In this document: piece after piece, positions 53,436 to 64,000 of the stretch | Layout of the letters: every line of letters starts with the position of its first letter | How positions within the stretch are numbered: the first letter of the stretch is position 1 | NCBI RefSeq assembly: GCF_006345805.1 | Contig: NC_042997.1 | Coordinates: forward strand, 100,812,001 to 100,876,000 | Length of the DNA: 64,000 bases | Direction: 5' to 3' | From: Octopus sinensis | Lineage: Eukaryota | Notes under the pieces: model-generated | Database searches by the model: none | Told to the model about the DNA's origin: nothing | The model's input: only the letters and a program-made list of their open reading frames with translations | Made by a program: the position numbers and the translations under genes

Positions 53436-56400
53436 AAGGGGCTAAACACAGAGGGGACACACAAGGACAGACAAACGGATTAAGTCGATTATATTGACCC
53501 AGTGCGTAACTGGTACTTAATTTATCGACCCCGAGAGGATGAAAGGCAAAGTCGACCTCGGCGGAATTTGAACTCGGAACATAACGGCAGACGAAATACC
53601 GATAAGCATTTCGCCCGGCGTGCTAACGTTTCTGCCAGCTCAGCACATTAAATGGCATATTTTAATAATGACGGGAAAGTAAACAAAGAATACAATATGC
53701 ATAATGTAGTATCTTGAGAGTTTGAAAGATAATCTTTATCCGAAGATGTATAAAAATATTTAACCTATAGGGGGTAGATTTTTAGGTTAATTACTGTAAA
53801 ATGTTTTTAAAAGAATCAAGCTATTCAAAGGTATTTTATGAGTATAAAACGTAAATGTGACTGAAGAGTGAATTGAGTAAGGAATTGCATAAGGTACAGG
53901 AATCAGTGAGTGGAAAATACACTATTTATAAGAAATGTGAAACCATTGGTATCAATTTGTACACAACTATGTGTATTTACGTGCGCACACACAAAGACAT
54001 ACGCAAGCTGGCAGAAACGTTAGCACACCGGGCGAAATGCTTAGCAGTATTTCGTCTGCCGCTACGTTCTGAGTTCAAATTCCGCTGAGGTCGACTTTGC
54101 CTTTCATCCTTTCGGGGTCGATAAATTAAGTACCAGTTACGCACTGGGGTCGATATAATCGACTTAATCCGTTTGTCTGTCCTTGTTTGTCCTCTCTGTG
54201 TTTAGCCCCTTGTGTGTAGTAAAGAAATAGGTATTTCGTCTGTCTTTACGTTCTGAGTTCAAATTCCGCCGAGGTCGATTTTGCCTTTCATCCTTTCGGG
54301 GTCGATTAAATAAGTACCAGTTACGCACTGGGGTCGATATAATCGACTTAATCCGTTTGTCTGTCCTTGTTTGTCCCCTCTGTGCTTAGCCCCTTGTGTG
54401 TAGTAAAGAAATAGTTTTGGGTTAACAGATCAGAAAGTTCAGGATTAGCCATCAGATTAGTCGTCAGCCATGCTCCATCCTCGTTTTTTTTTTTCCTAAC
54501 AAACAAAATAATTTGTAACATGATAACAACAATCGTTTATATCGACTCTAGAACTTCCTTGACACTTTATTTTATTAACTCTGGAATGATTATAAACAAA
54601 GGTAACTTCGGTGGATTTTGGGAGTTGGAGCTGAAGTAATTAGCGCAAGGCATTCTCCTTGTCCGCAATGCTCTGCTGATTCTATTACTTGAATTACATA
54701 CTTCTATTATATACTCTCCAACAACACACAACAACAATAACACTAAATATTGTTTTCAAATTTTAGCACAAAAAGGCAGCAATTTCGGGAGAGGGGATAA
54801 GTCGATTATATCGATTCTAGTGCTCAGCTGGTACTTATTTTATCGACTTCGAAAGGATGAAAGTCAAAATCAACCTCGGCGGCGTTTGAACTCACAACGT
54901 AAAGACGGACGAGATTCCGTTAAACAATTTGCCCGTGCTAACGATTCTTATTTCTTTATTACCCACAAGGAGCTAAACATAGAGTGGACAAACAAAGACA
55001 GACAAAGGAATTAAGTTAATTACATCGACCCCAGTGCGTAACTGGTACTTAATTTATTGACCCTGAAAAGATGAAAGGCAAAGTCGACCTCGGCGGAATT
55101 TGAACTCAGAAATAGACGAAATACCGCTAACCATTTGGCCCAGCGTGCTAATGTTTCCTCCAGCTCGCCGCCTCATTGGGTACTCAGATGTTGAATGAAC
55201 ATGCCTACAGTTCTACAATCGCTTAATGTTAAAGAAAAAAACACAAGAATATAGCGTAGAGAAGCTTACAAATTGAGTTCTGTATGTGTCATATGTTATA
55301 ATAGCGATATTTAAAAGTTGCTGATTTTGTTCCTGTTCACTTCTAGGTTAGCTTTTGTTGACTATAATTACATTTTCAACTGCATACCTGTTTATTTCTA
55401 TTTTTAAACGATAGAGTGTCATTTGAATGGAATTGACTGCTACATTTAGCAGGTCAAGCAATCGCTTATTGGTTCATATTTTTTAGACCGAGACTATAGG
55501 GAACCACATTTTTGTAGTAAAATTTGTTATGCCTCACTAGAGGCCTATATAATGACATTATGTAACATCAACAAATGAAATATGAGAGAAATAAATACTG
55601 ATTTTGATTGAGTCGATTACAACCCCACCATACAAAGGTGGCCTTGTTGTTAATCGCGTGAAAAATAACCCCCAAAAACAAAAACAAACAAATAAATAGA
55701 TGAAAGCCAGTGAAGTGATTCGCCCCAAGTCAGCAGACCGATGATAAATTACATTCCAGCCGTCACCATTCCGTATTACTTTCAGGCATATAATATTTAT
55801 TGTCAGGTACTTTAAGAAAGGCGGCGAGCTGGGAGAATCGTTAATACGCCGGGCGAAATACATAGCAGTATTTCGTCTGCCGCTACGTTCTGAGTTCAAA
55901 TTCCGCCGAGGTCGACTTTGCCTTTCATCCTTTCGGGGTCGATTAAATAAGTACCAGTTACGCAATGGGGTCGATATAATCGACTTAATTTGTTTGTGTG
56001 TCCTTGTTTTTCCTCTCTGTGTTTAGCCCCTTGTGGGTAGTAAAGAAATAGGTTATTCATTTAAGAGAGTAGAATATAGGAGATTTGGTTAATTAACTAT
56101 TTCTATGAAGTAAAAAGACCGAGGGTCGCTCGACTTGCTAAAATTGACAGCCAAAGCTTTCTCATATCGCAGCCCACCATTTTAAAAGATAAATATGGTG
56201 GGATGGTCACAGCATCGCAACAGTGACCAGCCAATAACAAAAATAAAAATTAGGCTAATATCGAATTCACCACTATCTCCACCTTGCTCCTACTCAGACA
56301 ACCACACAGTGTTCTGCTTGGCTATAAATGCACTTAAATTGACCTATTGAAGGCGGCGAGCTGGCAAAAACGTTAGCACACCGGGCGAAATGCGTATCCA

Positions 56401-56580
56401 TATTTCGTCTGTCGTTACGTTCCGAGTTCAAATTCTGCCGAGGTCGACTTTGCCTTTCATCCTTTCAGGGTCGATAAAATAAGTGCCAGTTACGCACTGG
56501 AGTCGATGTAATCGACTTAATCGTTGTTTGTCCTTGTTTGTCCCCTCTGTGTTTGGTCCCTTGTGGGTAGTAAAGAAATA
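53436..56580. mobile_element. Cluster of five family A SINEs in mixed orientation
   Basis: 53436-53640 (-), 54006-54413 (+, dimer), 54748-55172 (-, dimer), 55820-56052 (+), 56352-56580 (+). Confidence 0.85.
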
Positions 56581-58015
56581 TATAAAGATTGACATATTGG
56601 ATTTTTTTTTAACGTTTTGTTAGGCACATTAATTAAAAAAATATTCTTAAGTCTATATGTAGCTAATACTTTTTATATTTATTCAACTCAGGGCAAACAA
56701 TTTCGTAACAACCATTTCGTGCAAAAATAAATAAATAAATAAAATTAAAAAAGGAGGAAAAGAAAATTCTGGTACAGCTGTATGGTTAAGAAGATCATTT
56801 CTCAACCACTTTGTTTCAAGTTCTGTCCCACTGCGCGGCACCTTAAGCAAGTGTCTGCAACTATAATCATAGGCCTACTGATGACTAGTGACTGAATCTA
56901 GTTGACAGATACTGCGTGGTCGCCCGTCGGGGACACACACACATGGGGCGGAGACAATAAGGAATTTTTACTGCATTTTTAAATATGAGAAGAAATATAT
57001 TTTTACGATTGTTCCACAACTTTACAAAAACTATATCAGCTAAGCAAGTGACCTTCTCTAAGTGCATTAAAAGCATAATAATATCTGAACACTATTTCAG
57101 AAAATTATCACCGTTCTCTTTGAGCAAATAAAAGACAAATTTAGCTGGGGCAAAATTAGTAAGTCAAGACAAGGTAAAATTTGTTTCTTCAATTGTCCAG
57201 AATTACATTTGGAAGCAGACTCATACATCAATATCCATCTTTAGAGATCAGAAGGATCAGAAATGCAACAAAAAATTTAAATATCTTGGTCAAATTGAGA
57301 GGATCAGGGAAAAATGGCACATGATATGAAATTAAGGAAATTCGATTAAAAAAAAAATTAAACAAAGTATTGTCTATAGCTTCTTCACGATCTGCTGTAG
57401 TGGCTCTCTTTCCGATGTATTTACACACCATGAAGTTAAAGAAAAGAAATTATTGAAATTAGTCTTGGCTCAGTTTACATACAATTTTTTAAAATTGAAA
57501 ATGGTCAAATTAGATATTAGTGTGGGAAAAAATCAAAACAAAAAACCGACAGAATATGTACTAGATTAAAATAATAAGTACGGGGATAGATTTGTTCAAG
57601 ACGGTACTCCAGCATAGCCGTAGTCCTAGGACTGAAACAAATAAAAATAGACGAAAATAGTATTTGATTACCCCTTACACCTTTTAGATAGTTATTTATT
57701 TTATTCATTTATTCATTTATTTATTTATTTATTTACTGATTAGAAACATAGAATGACAAGTTGTTTGACCCGTAGACCTTCTCTTATCTAAATTTCAGAA
57801 ATATTTTCAGTTAAACTAGACATACACAAATATTGATTTTATGAACTTCTTGTATGTTTGTCCTAATTGTAGAATTAATCTAGGTAAATAGCTAACATGG
57901 TTGTAATAGTTTTAACAAAATCTTATGAATGTTCCTGTATTAATTGTTGTTCGTAATTACAAAATTCGATAATTAAAAAAAACAAACAATAACCGTTTAA
58001 TAATATTTTCTTCAG

Positions 58016-58219
58016 GTCTTGATAGGCGGCAAAAGAATAAGCGAATACAACGTGGGATCCCTGCGTAAGATAATAGGTGTTGTAAACCAGGAACCTGTTT
58101 TGTTTGGAAATTCTATAAAAGAGAATATTCGCGATGGTGATGAGAAAGCAACAGATGCTGATATAATTGCAGCTGCAAAAGAAGCTAACGCACATGACTT
58201 CATTATGCAACTTCCAGGG
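58016..58219 (+). CDS. ABCB1: ABCB1-like exon (Q-loop, helical subdomain)
   Basis: cttcag|...|gtaaac. VLIGGKRISEYNVGSLRKIIGVVNQEPVLFGNSIKENIRDGDEKATDADIIAAAKEANAHDFIMQLPG. 204 nt. Confidence 0.96.
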
Positions 58220-58660
58220 GTAAACAATTCTGATTTGCTGTTATTTTATATCCATGTAAAGGGTCGAGATTGTTCTATTAAACTCCTTCGGATAAAGAAA
58301 GGGAACTCTATCAGATAGAATTTATTTTATGTGAAAAGATATTGATCATTCCGCTCCGTCGCTAATCAGAGTTTTTCCGAATGTGAGCTTGTTCATGCGA
58401 CTTAAAAGTTAATTTTTTTTCGCCGTCTGAATGATGCATCTGCATATACCCGCGTGTACGCATAGCATTATAGCATATGTGTGTGCTTGTGAGTGAATGA
58501 GAAAAGAAACGTTTAGTTTGTGTGTGCGTGGGTGTGTATATACATACATACATACATACATACATACATACATACATACATACATACATACATACATACA
58601 TACACACACACATACATATATATATGTATATGTATATGTATATATATGTATATAGATATG

Positions 58661-58717
<57 letters not shown>

Positions 58718-58763
58718 TATATATATATATTATATATATATATATATATTATATTATATATAT

Positions 58764-58826
<63 letters not shown>

Positions 58827-58862
58827 TACATAAAATTCCTGATATCTCTAGCGGCCGGGTGC

Positions 58863-58912
58863 TCACCACTGACGATGGGCACAAAATAGCCCAAAACCGT
58901 TCGGTCTGGTGA
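58863..58912 (+). ncRNA. Type I hammerhead motif with G12>A lesion
   Basis: TCACCA-CTGACGA-T-GGGC-acaaaata-GCCC-AAAA-CCG-TT-CGG-TC-TGGTGA. All three stems pair, but GAAA reads AAAA. Confidence 0.7.
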
Positions 58913-59228
58913 CCCCGTCATCTGCTAGAAGATGGTAGGGTTTCGCTCCCCTGCTTCCAATATATAACGGATGCAGATTGTATCGATAACCGGCTGGAAG
59001 AGGCTCTTCCTGGCGTTTAAAACAGTAGTAATGTCAAATAGCCATATTGATGTAGCGATAAACATTACTTCTCAGTATTGCTATTACTTTCATCTTTTAT
59101 AGAGAGTATGTATGTATGTATGTATGTATGTATGTATGTATGTATGTAGTATGTATGTATGTATGTATGTATGTGTGTATGTATATGTGTGTGTGCATTT
59201 GTATGCGCGTGTGTGTGTCTGCGTGCGC

Positions 59229-59962
59229 CCGAGGTGGTATCAAAAAGTTTCCGAATTAGTTATGTTTAATAAAAAATAATTTATTTACCTAAGTTTTAAC
59301 ATCATCTCCTTCGAAATAGTCACTTTGCGCAGCATTATACCGATCCCTGCGTTCCTGCCACTTATGCAATCCGGCTTGGAAGTCGTTTTTCTGTAAGTGA
59401 GTCGAGGACCTTCTGCGATTCGCTCTATATCTCGAGAACGGTGTTAAAACGGTAACATTTGAGCCGCCTTTTCATTTTGGGAAAGCGATGAAAGTCCGCA
59501 GGTGCTAAATCTGGTGAATAGAGCGGGCGTGGAAGCGATACCATGTTGTTTTTGGCGAGAAACTCACGAGTGAGGAGAGCTCGATGAGAGGGAGCATTGT
59601 CGCCGTGAAGAATCTAATTCTTCGCACTTCACAGATTTGGTTCCTTTCGCCGAATGTCCTCTCTCAAACGCTTCAAAACATCTATCTAGAGTAGAGCTCT
59701 ATATTGACGGTCTGGTTCTGAGGGACGAATTTTCGATGCACAATACTGCGGGTGTCGAAAAATACGACGAGAATGCTCTTGAGTGAGCTGCGGCCCTGTC
59801 GTGCCTTCTTCGGTCGTAGAGATGAAGGACTATTCAGTTGTGACGACTGCTGCTTCGTCCCACGATCGTACCCGTGGACTTTAACTCTCGTCACCAAAGA
59901 TGATCCTCAACATGAAGGATGGGTCATCAGCAGCACACTGACGGAGATCTTGACAGACTTCG
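59229..59962 (-). mobile_element. mariner transposase remnant with one TIR
   Basis: GDES..VHGYD.GTKQQSSQ and RPKKARQGRSSLKSILVVFFDTRSIVHRKFVPQNQTVN. End CGAGGTGGTATCAAAAAGTTTCCG. Confidence 0.8.
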
Positions 59963-59968
59963 ATATAT

Positions 59969-60057
<89 letters not shown>

Positions 60058-60454
60058 ATGGGAATGGTAAGACAACAAAAGCATTTTCCGATGGCCAGAT
60101 AACTGAAGAGATGTCGGCGTGGATTTCCACCCCGGCATCCGAAACTCGGAGTTTTATCTTGGCTACCGAATAATTGTCACATATTACATTTACATATATA
60201 TGTATATGGAGGTTGTGTAATAAGAACTCTAAGTGTTTTTATCGGTATAGCGTAGAAAATATTTTGAATCTATAGTCAAATATCATTGTTTATATTAATA
60301 AGTAACGATTAAATTAAACTTTACAGCTAAAACGCTCCAATGCATGCAACAGTACACTTGCTTGAACAAAGTAATTGAGTATGGTAACTGAATTATATTA
60401 ATAAACCTGAAACTGAAATAACAAACATAAAAGAACAAATTTTTTAATTTCTAG

Positions 60455-60625
60455 AAATACAATACACTAGTTGGCGAAAGAGGAACTCAACTGAGCGGAG
60501 GCCAGAAACAAAGAATCGCTATTGCACGTGCTTTAGTTAGAAAACCACTGTTTTTGTTGCTTGATGAAGCAACTTCAGCCCTAGACACCGAAAGTGAAAG
60601 GATTGTGCAGAGTGCACTTGACAAG
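60455..60625 (+). CDS. ABCB1: ABCB1-like exon (signature, Walker B, D-loop)
   Basis: ttctag|...|gtacgt. [57 protein letters not shown]. 171 nt. Confidence 0.98.
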
Positions 60626-60774
60626 GTACGTGTTGCTTGTCTTACCTTACAACACTTTCACAATCAGTCATTTGCATTCTGTTAACTATCTATTTAACAT
60701 TCAACTAATTATTTAACATTTACACGTTAAACACTCGGGTGTGCCTATATTCTTTCTCTAAATAAAATTTACAG

Positions 60775-60936
60775 GTCCAGAGTGGTCGCACTACATTAGT
60801 TGTTGCTCACAGATTATCAACAATTCGATCAGCAGATATGATTTTAGCTTTCAAAGGTGGAGTAATTGTTGAGAGAGGAACCCATGAAGAATTAATGAAA
60901 CAAGACGGACTTTATGCTTCACTTGTTATGGCACAG
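60775..60936 (+). CDS. ABCB1: ABCB1-like exon (H-loop, NBD1 end)
   Basis: ttacag|...|gtaaat. [54 protein letters not shown]. 162 nt. Confidence 0.97.
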
Positions 60937-61477
60937 GTAAATTATTAACATATTTCTTATTTAATCAACGGTATTTATCTCTGTGGCACAATAAAGATTG
61001 TCAACAGAACTTTCGGTAATTTCCTATTTGACTTTCGTAATACTGAATTTATTTTAGTTTCAATTTCATATCAACTCGATAAACATATATCGTGGACGTG
61101 CCTGCTACTCATCGTTTTATTGCGAATTCCAACGAAATGCTTACAGATCTGCAGATAATCAATGAAAGGCATACAACTACGACACTGATCCAGTGTGCCC
61201 GCTGTGGATTGTTGAGGAATTGTCACATGTGCCCAGGGCGAATCTCTATTCAAAATAAGTGTGACATTTTTCTTAACTTTTTACTCGCTGTTAGCAGTGT
61301 GTACCAATTATAATTATGAAGTGTTTTATTGAAACAAACTTTTTGGATCACTATGATTTTAGGAACGTCAAATAGGAAATTACCGACGTTTCTTACGCTT
61401 CGTCCTCTTTGGGGGATATTTTGTTTGATGAAAAATCAGCTGTAATGCTTTTCTCAATACTGGTATTTGGCATTTAA

Positions 61478-61710
61478 GGCGGTGAGCTGGCAGAAACGTT
61501 AGCGCGTCGGGCAAAATGCTTAGCGGTATTTCGTCTGTCGTTACGTTCTGAGTTCAAATTCCGCCGAGGTCGACTTTACCTTTCATCCTTTCGGGGTCGA
61601 TTAAATAAGTACCAGTTACGCATTGGGGTCGATGTAATCGACTTAATCCGTTTGTCTGTCCTTGTTTGTCCCCTCTGTGTTTAACCCCTTGTGGGTAGTA
61701 AAGAAATAGG
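61478..61710 (+). mobile_element. tRNA-derived SINE (family A)
   Basis: Same head and body as 16047. Confidence 0.85.
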
Positions 61711-61793
61711 TATTTATAATTAAAACAGTTATAGAGGTTTATAACTGGTAAAACAATATTACCGTTTTACATATTGTTCGTCTGGTATTTTAG

Positions 61794-61844
61794 AAAGGCT
61801 CACAAACAATGCAAAACCTGAAAAAAAATATGGAACAGAAATGA
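61794..61844 (+). CDS. Candidate terminal exon with stop codon
   Basis: tattttag| then in phase 0 KGSQTMQNLKKNMEQK-TGA. AATAAA at 62000 and 62080. No homology support. Confidence 0.35.
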   Translation, partial: KGSQTMQNLKKNMEQK

Positions 61845-63056
61845 CATCATTGGCTATTATTTTTCGAACGAGTCTCCTGTTGGATCTTGCGAATTTGTGT
61901 TAACGCATCTACCTTGTCACGAGCATTTATTTTAAATCTATAATTTAAAAGCTACAAAATATTCAGAATATATAATAGAGGCAACAGGCAATTACTTTCA
62001 ATAAATATTTTAAATATATTTAATATGTGTGGAAAATGATGTACACCTGACACTCTTTGGATATATAGTTGGAGGTTTCAATAAATATTTGGCTATTTTA
62101 ACTAGAAACGTATCCACTATTAAGAGACAATTTTTAATGACTGCACAATATTCCTAATTTTGATGTATTTAATCGTAGTTTTGTTATTTAATGTATCGCA
62201 TATGTAAAGCGTTTCAGGATAGATTTTCCTTGAGGAAATAACTATTCATGTTATTTCTTATATTATTTCTATGGGTTTGTAAATGTTTTCATTATAGTAC
62301 CTAAAATGTATGCATCTGTGTGTAATTGTCAATGGTTGAGTGGTTTAAAATCTGTTATAATGTATCAGTTATGTAATGGAGCTATTTGATCTTTATTCGT
62401 GTGTTGCGAACTTCCTCTTTTGCTGCGTTTCAATATGTGATAGGTGAATAGTGTTGTTATATTGAAGGAGGCCTTCGTGAAACGTAATAATGGATCTCTC
62501 TTTCTTCATGTACCATGAATCTCCATACAAAAGCCTGAAGATTCATGATTTTTCTTGGGAATAATACATCAGTGGTTTCTTGTTGCATTCTGCCGATTTA
62601 TTTACAGTTTACTCATGTTTCTTCTCCCAAGTTTGCCCTTGGGGCACAAGGCTTGTTTAACCTTAAGAAAAGGGATCTGTTCATGGTATGTCCACACACT
62701 GGCGGTCTGTGTGACATACGTCTAGGGATCCGTGTCTGCCTACCATGATCACTTTCTACTACATGACTCATGACTGGAGCCCTTCATAAACACTCTCACT
62801 CTGGGCTAGAACAGATATGGGAGCAGTGGTGATTAACGAGGAGTCCATACTCTTCCAAATTCCCAAACTTCCGTACTGGAGCCTCACCCCCGAAAGCTGT
62901 TTAAAATCTTACCTAGGACACAATCTATGGATAATAACGTGATGCTTGTTTTACTCGCTTTGGTTGTTATATATATGTTTCAATATGTGACCGCGTGTGT
63001 ATCGTTGGCGATTTTCTTTCTCCGTCTTCCCTTCCTTGGACCTTTCCTTTTTCTAT

Positions 63057-63091
63057 GTTTCTGACGAAGAGCTCCGCTCGAAACGTTAAAT
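63057..63091 (+). ncRNA. Minimal type I hammerhead motif, core intact, within a short PLE-type element (62990-63190)
   Basis: GTTT-CTGACGA-A-GAGC-TCC-GCTC-GAAA-CG-TT-AAAT. Confidence 0.6.
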
Positions 63092-63182
63092 CCTCCTTCT
63101 TTCTTTCCTTCACTCAACGTCCAATAACACTATACTTGTTCCACTTGTTGTTGTGTTTTCTCTTTGTTAATGTTTGGATTAA

Positions 63183-63299
<117 letters not shown>

Positions 63300-63510
63300 G
63301 TGTGTGTGTGTGTGGTGTGTGTGTGTGTATGTATGTATGTATGTATGTATGTATGTATAGACAGCGAGAAGAGAAAAGCAGTTAAAAAAACTTTATCTCC
63401 AAGCGTGTTGATTGATCAATGTTTAAATAAAACATCGACAATTCTCATTGATACAAAATGATGTAAGGCAGGCGAAATGAATTAAGTCTATTTTAAAGTT
63501 AGCGTGCTCA

Positions 63511-63962
63511 ATACAGGACTAGTTTCATGTTTAATGTACAAACTAAATAAATCGATTTAAAAGAAATTAATTTAATTTAATACGTTTAAATAAAAACAGA
63601 AGATACAAATATTACAGACATCCCCCCTCCCACATACTAAATAAACATAGACGCACATAGAGATATAAGCATGCGCAAATGAAGACATACAATAGAAATA
63701 CAAAATGGCTGACGGTTAGTAAGGAGAGACACAAATAAGTGAGAAGAAAACAAAGGACCACTGATGCGGTCACAGGAGTGTGACGAAAGAACTCTGGCCG
63801 AAATAAGATTAAGATTAATGTAAAAAATAAATATCACTGAAGCAAAATAACACCAAATATATAGTGCGTGTGTTTTTATTGGCTAAACTGGCAATATGAC
63901 CATTCCGAAATATAACAATAATTTAATTTAAATTTAGTACATACTACATTCTTCAGCTGTAT
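63511..63962 (-). ncRNA. Hammerhead motif with ~415-nt insertion in stem-loop II
   Basis: ATACAG-CTGAAGA-ATGT...(63945-63531)...ACAT-GAAA-CTAG-TC-CTGTAT. Stem II extends imperfectly (ATGTAC, ACTAAAT). Confidence 0.6.
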
Positions 63963-64000
63963 ATTCCATATTTTTTGTGAAAAAATATACATTACTTTAA

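Noticed and set aside
63775-63815. Second hammerhead inside the long loop (TGACGA...CCGAAA)
   Set aside because: C3 is missing and stems I and II do not pair convincingly.

Overview
AT-rich animal genomic DNA, very probably an octopus (coleoid cephalopod). That assignment is inferred from the long (TA)n/(CA)n/(TATG)n tracts and the SINE families, not proven. The + strand carries 13 GT-AG coding exons (6407-60936) that splice in frame into the N-terminal half (TMD1 + NBD1) of an ABCB1/P-glycoprotein-like transporter. A possible 14th exon at 61794 would stop the protein right after NBD1. The introns are packed with transposons: hAT, Merlin, mariner/MITEs, Helitrons, an R4/Dong-type RLE LINE in a (TAA)n tract, a CR1/L2-group LINE, tRNA-derived SINEs and many Penelope-like (PLE) remnants. 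The main unexplained structure is a dense set of minimal type I hammerhead ribozyme motifs from several families, often inside long inverted repeats. These include (i) a head-to-head palindromic tRNA-headed SINE carrying a hammerhead in each arm, (ii) hammerheads with loop 2 of about 35 to 415 nt, and (iii) an apparent bias in which sense-strand intronic copies are mutated while several antisense copies are intact. Most ORFs in the supplied track are microsatellite artefacts. All coordinates were read by eye.
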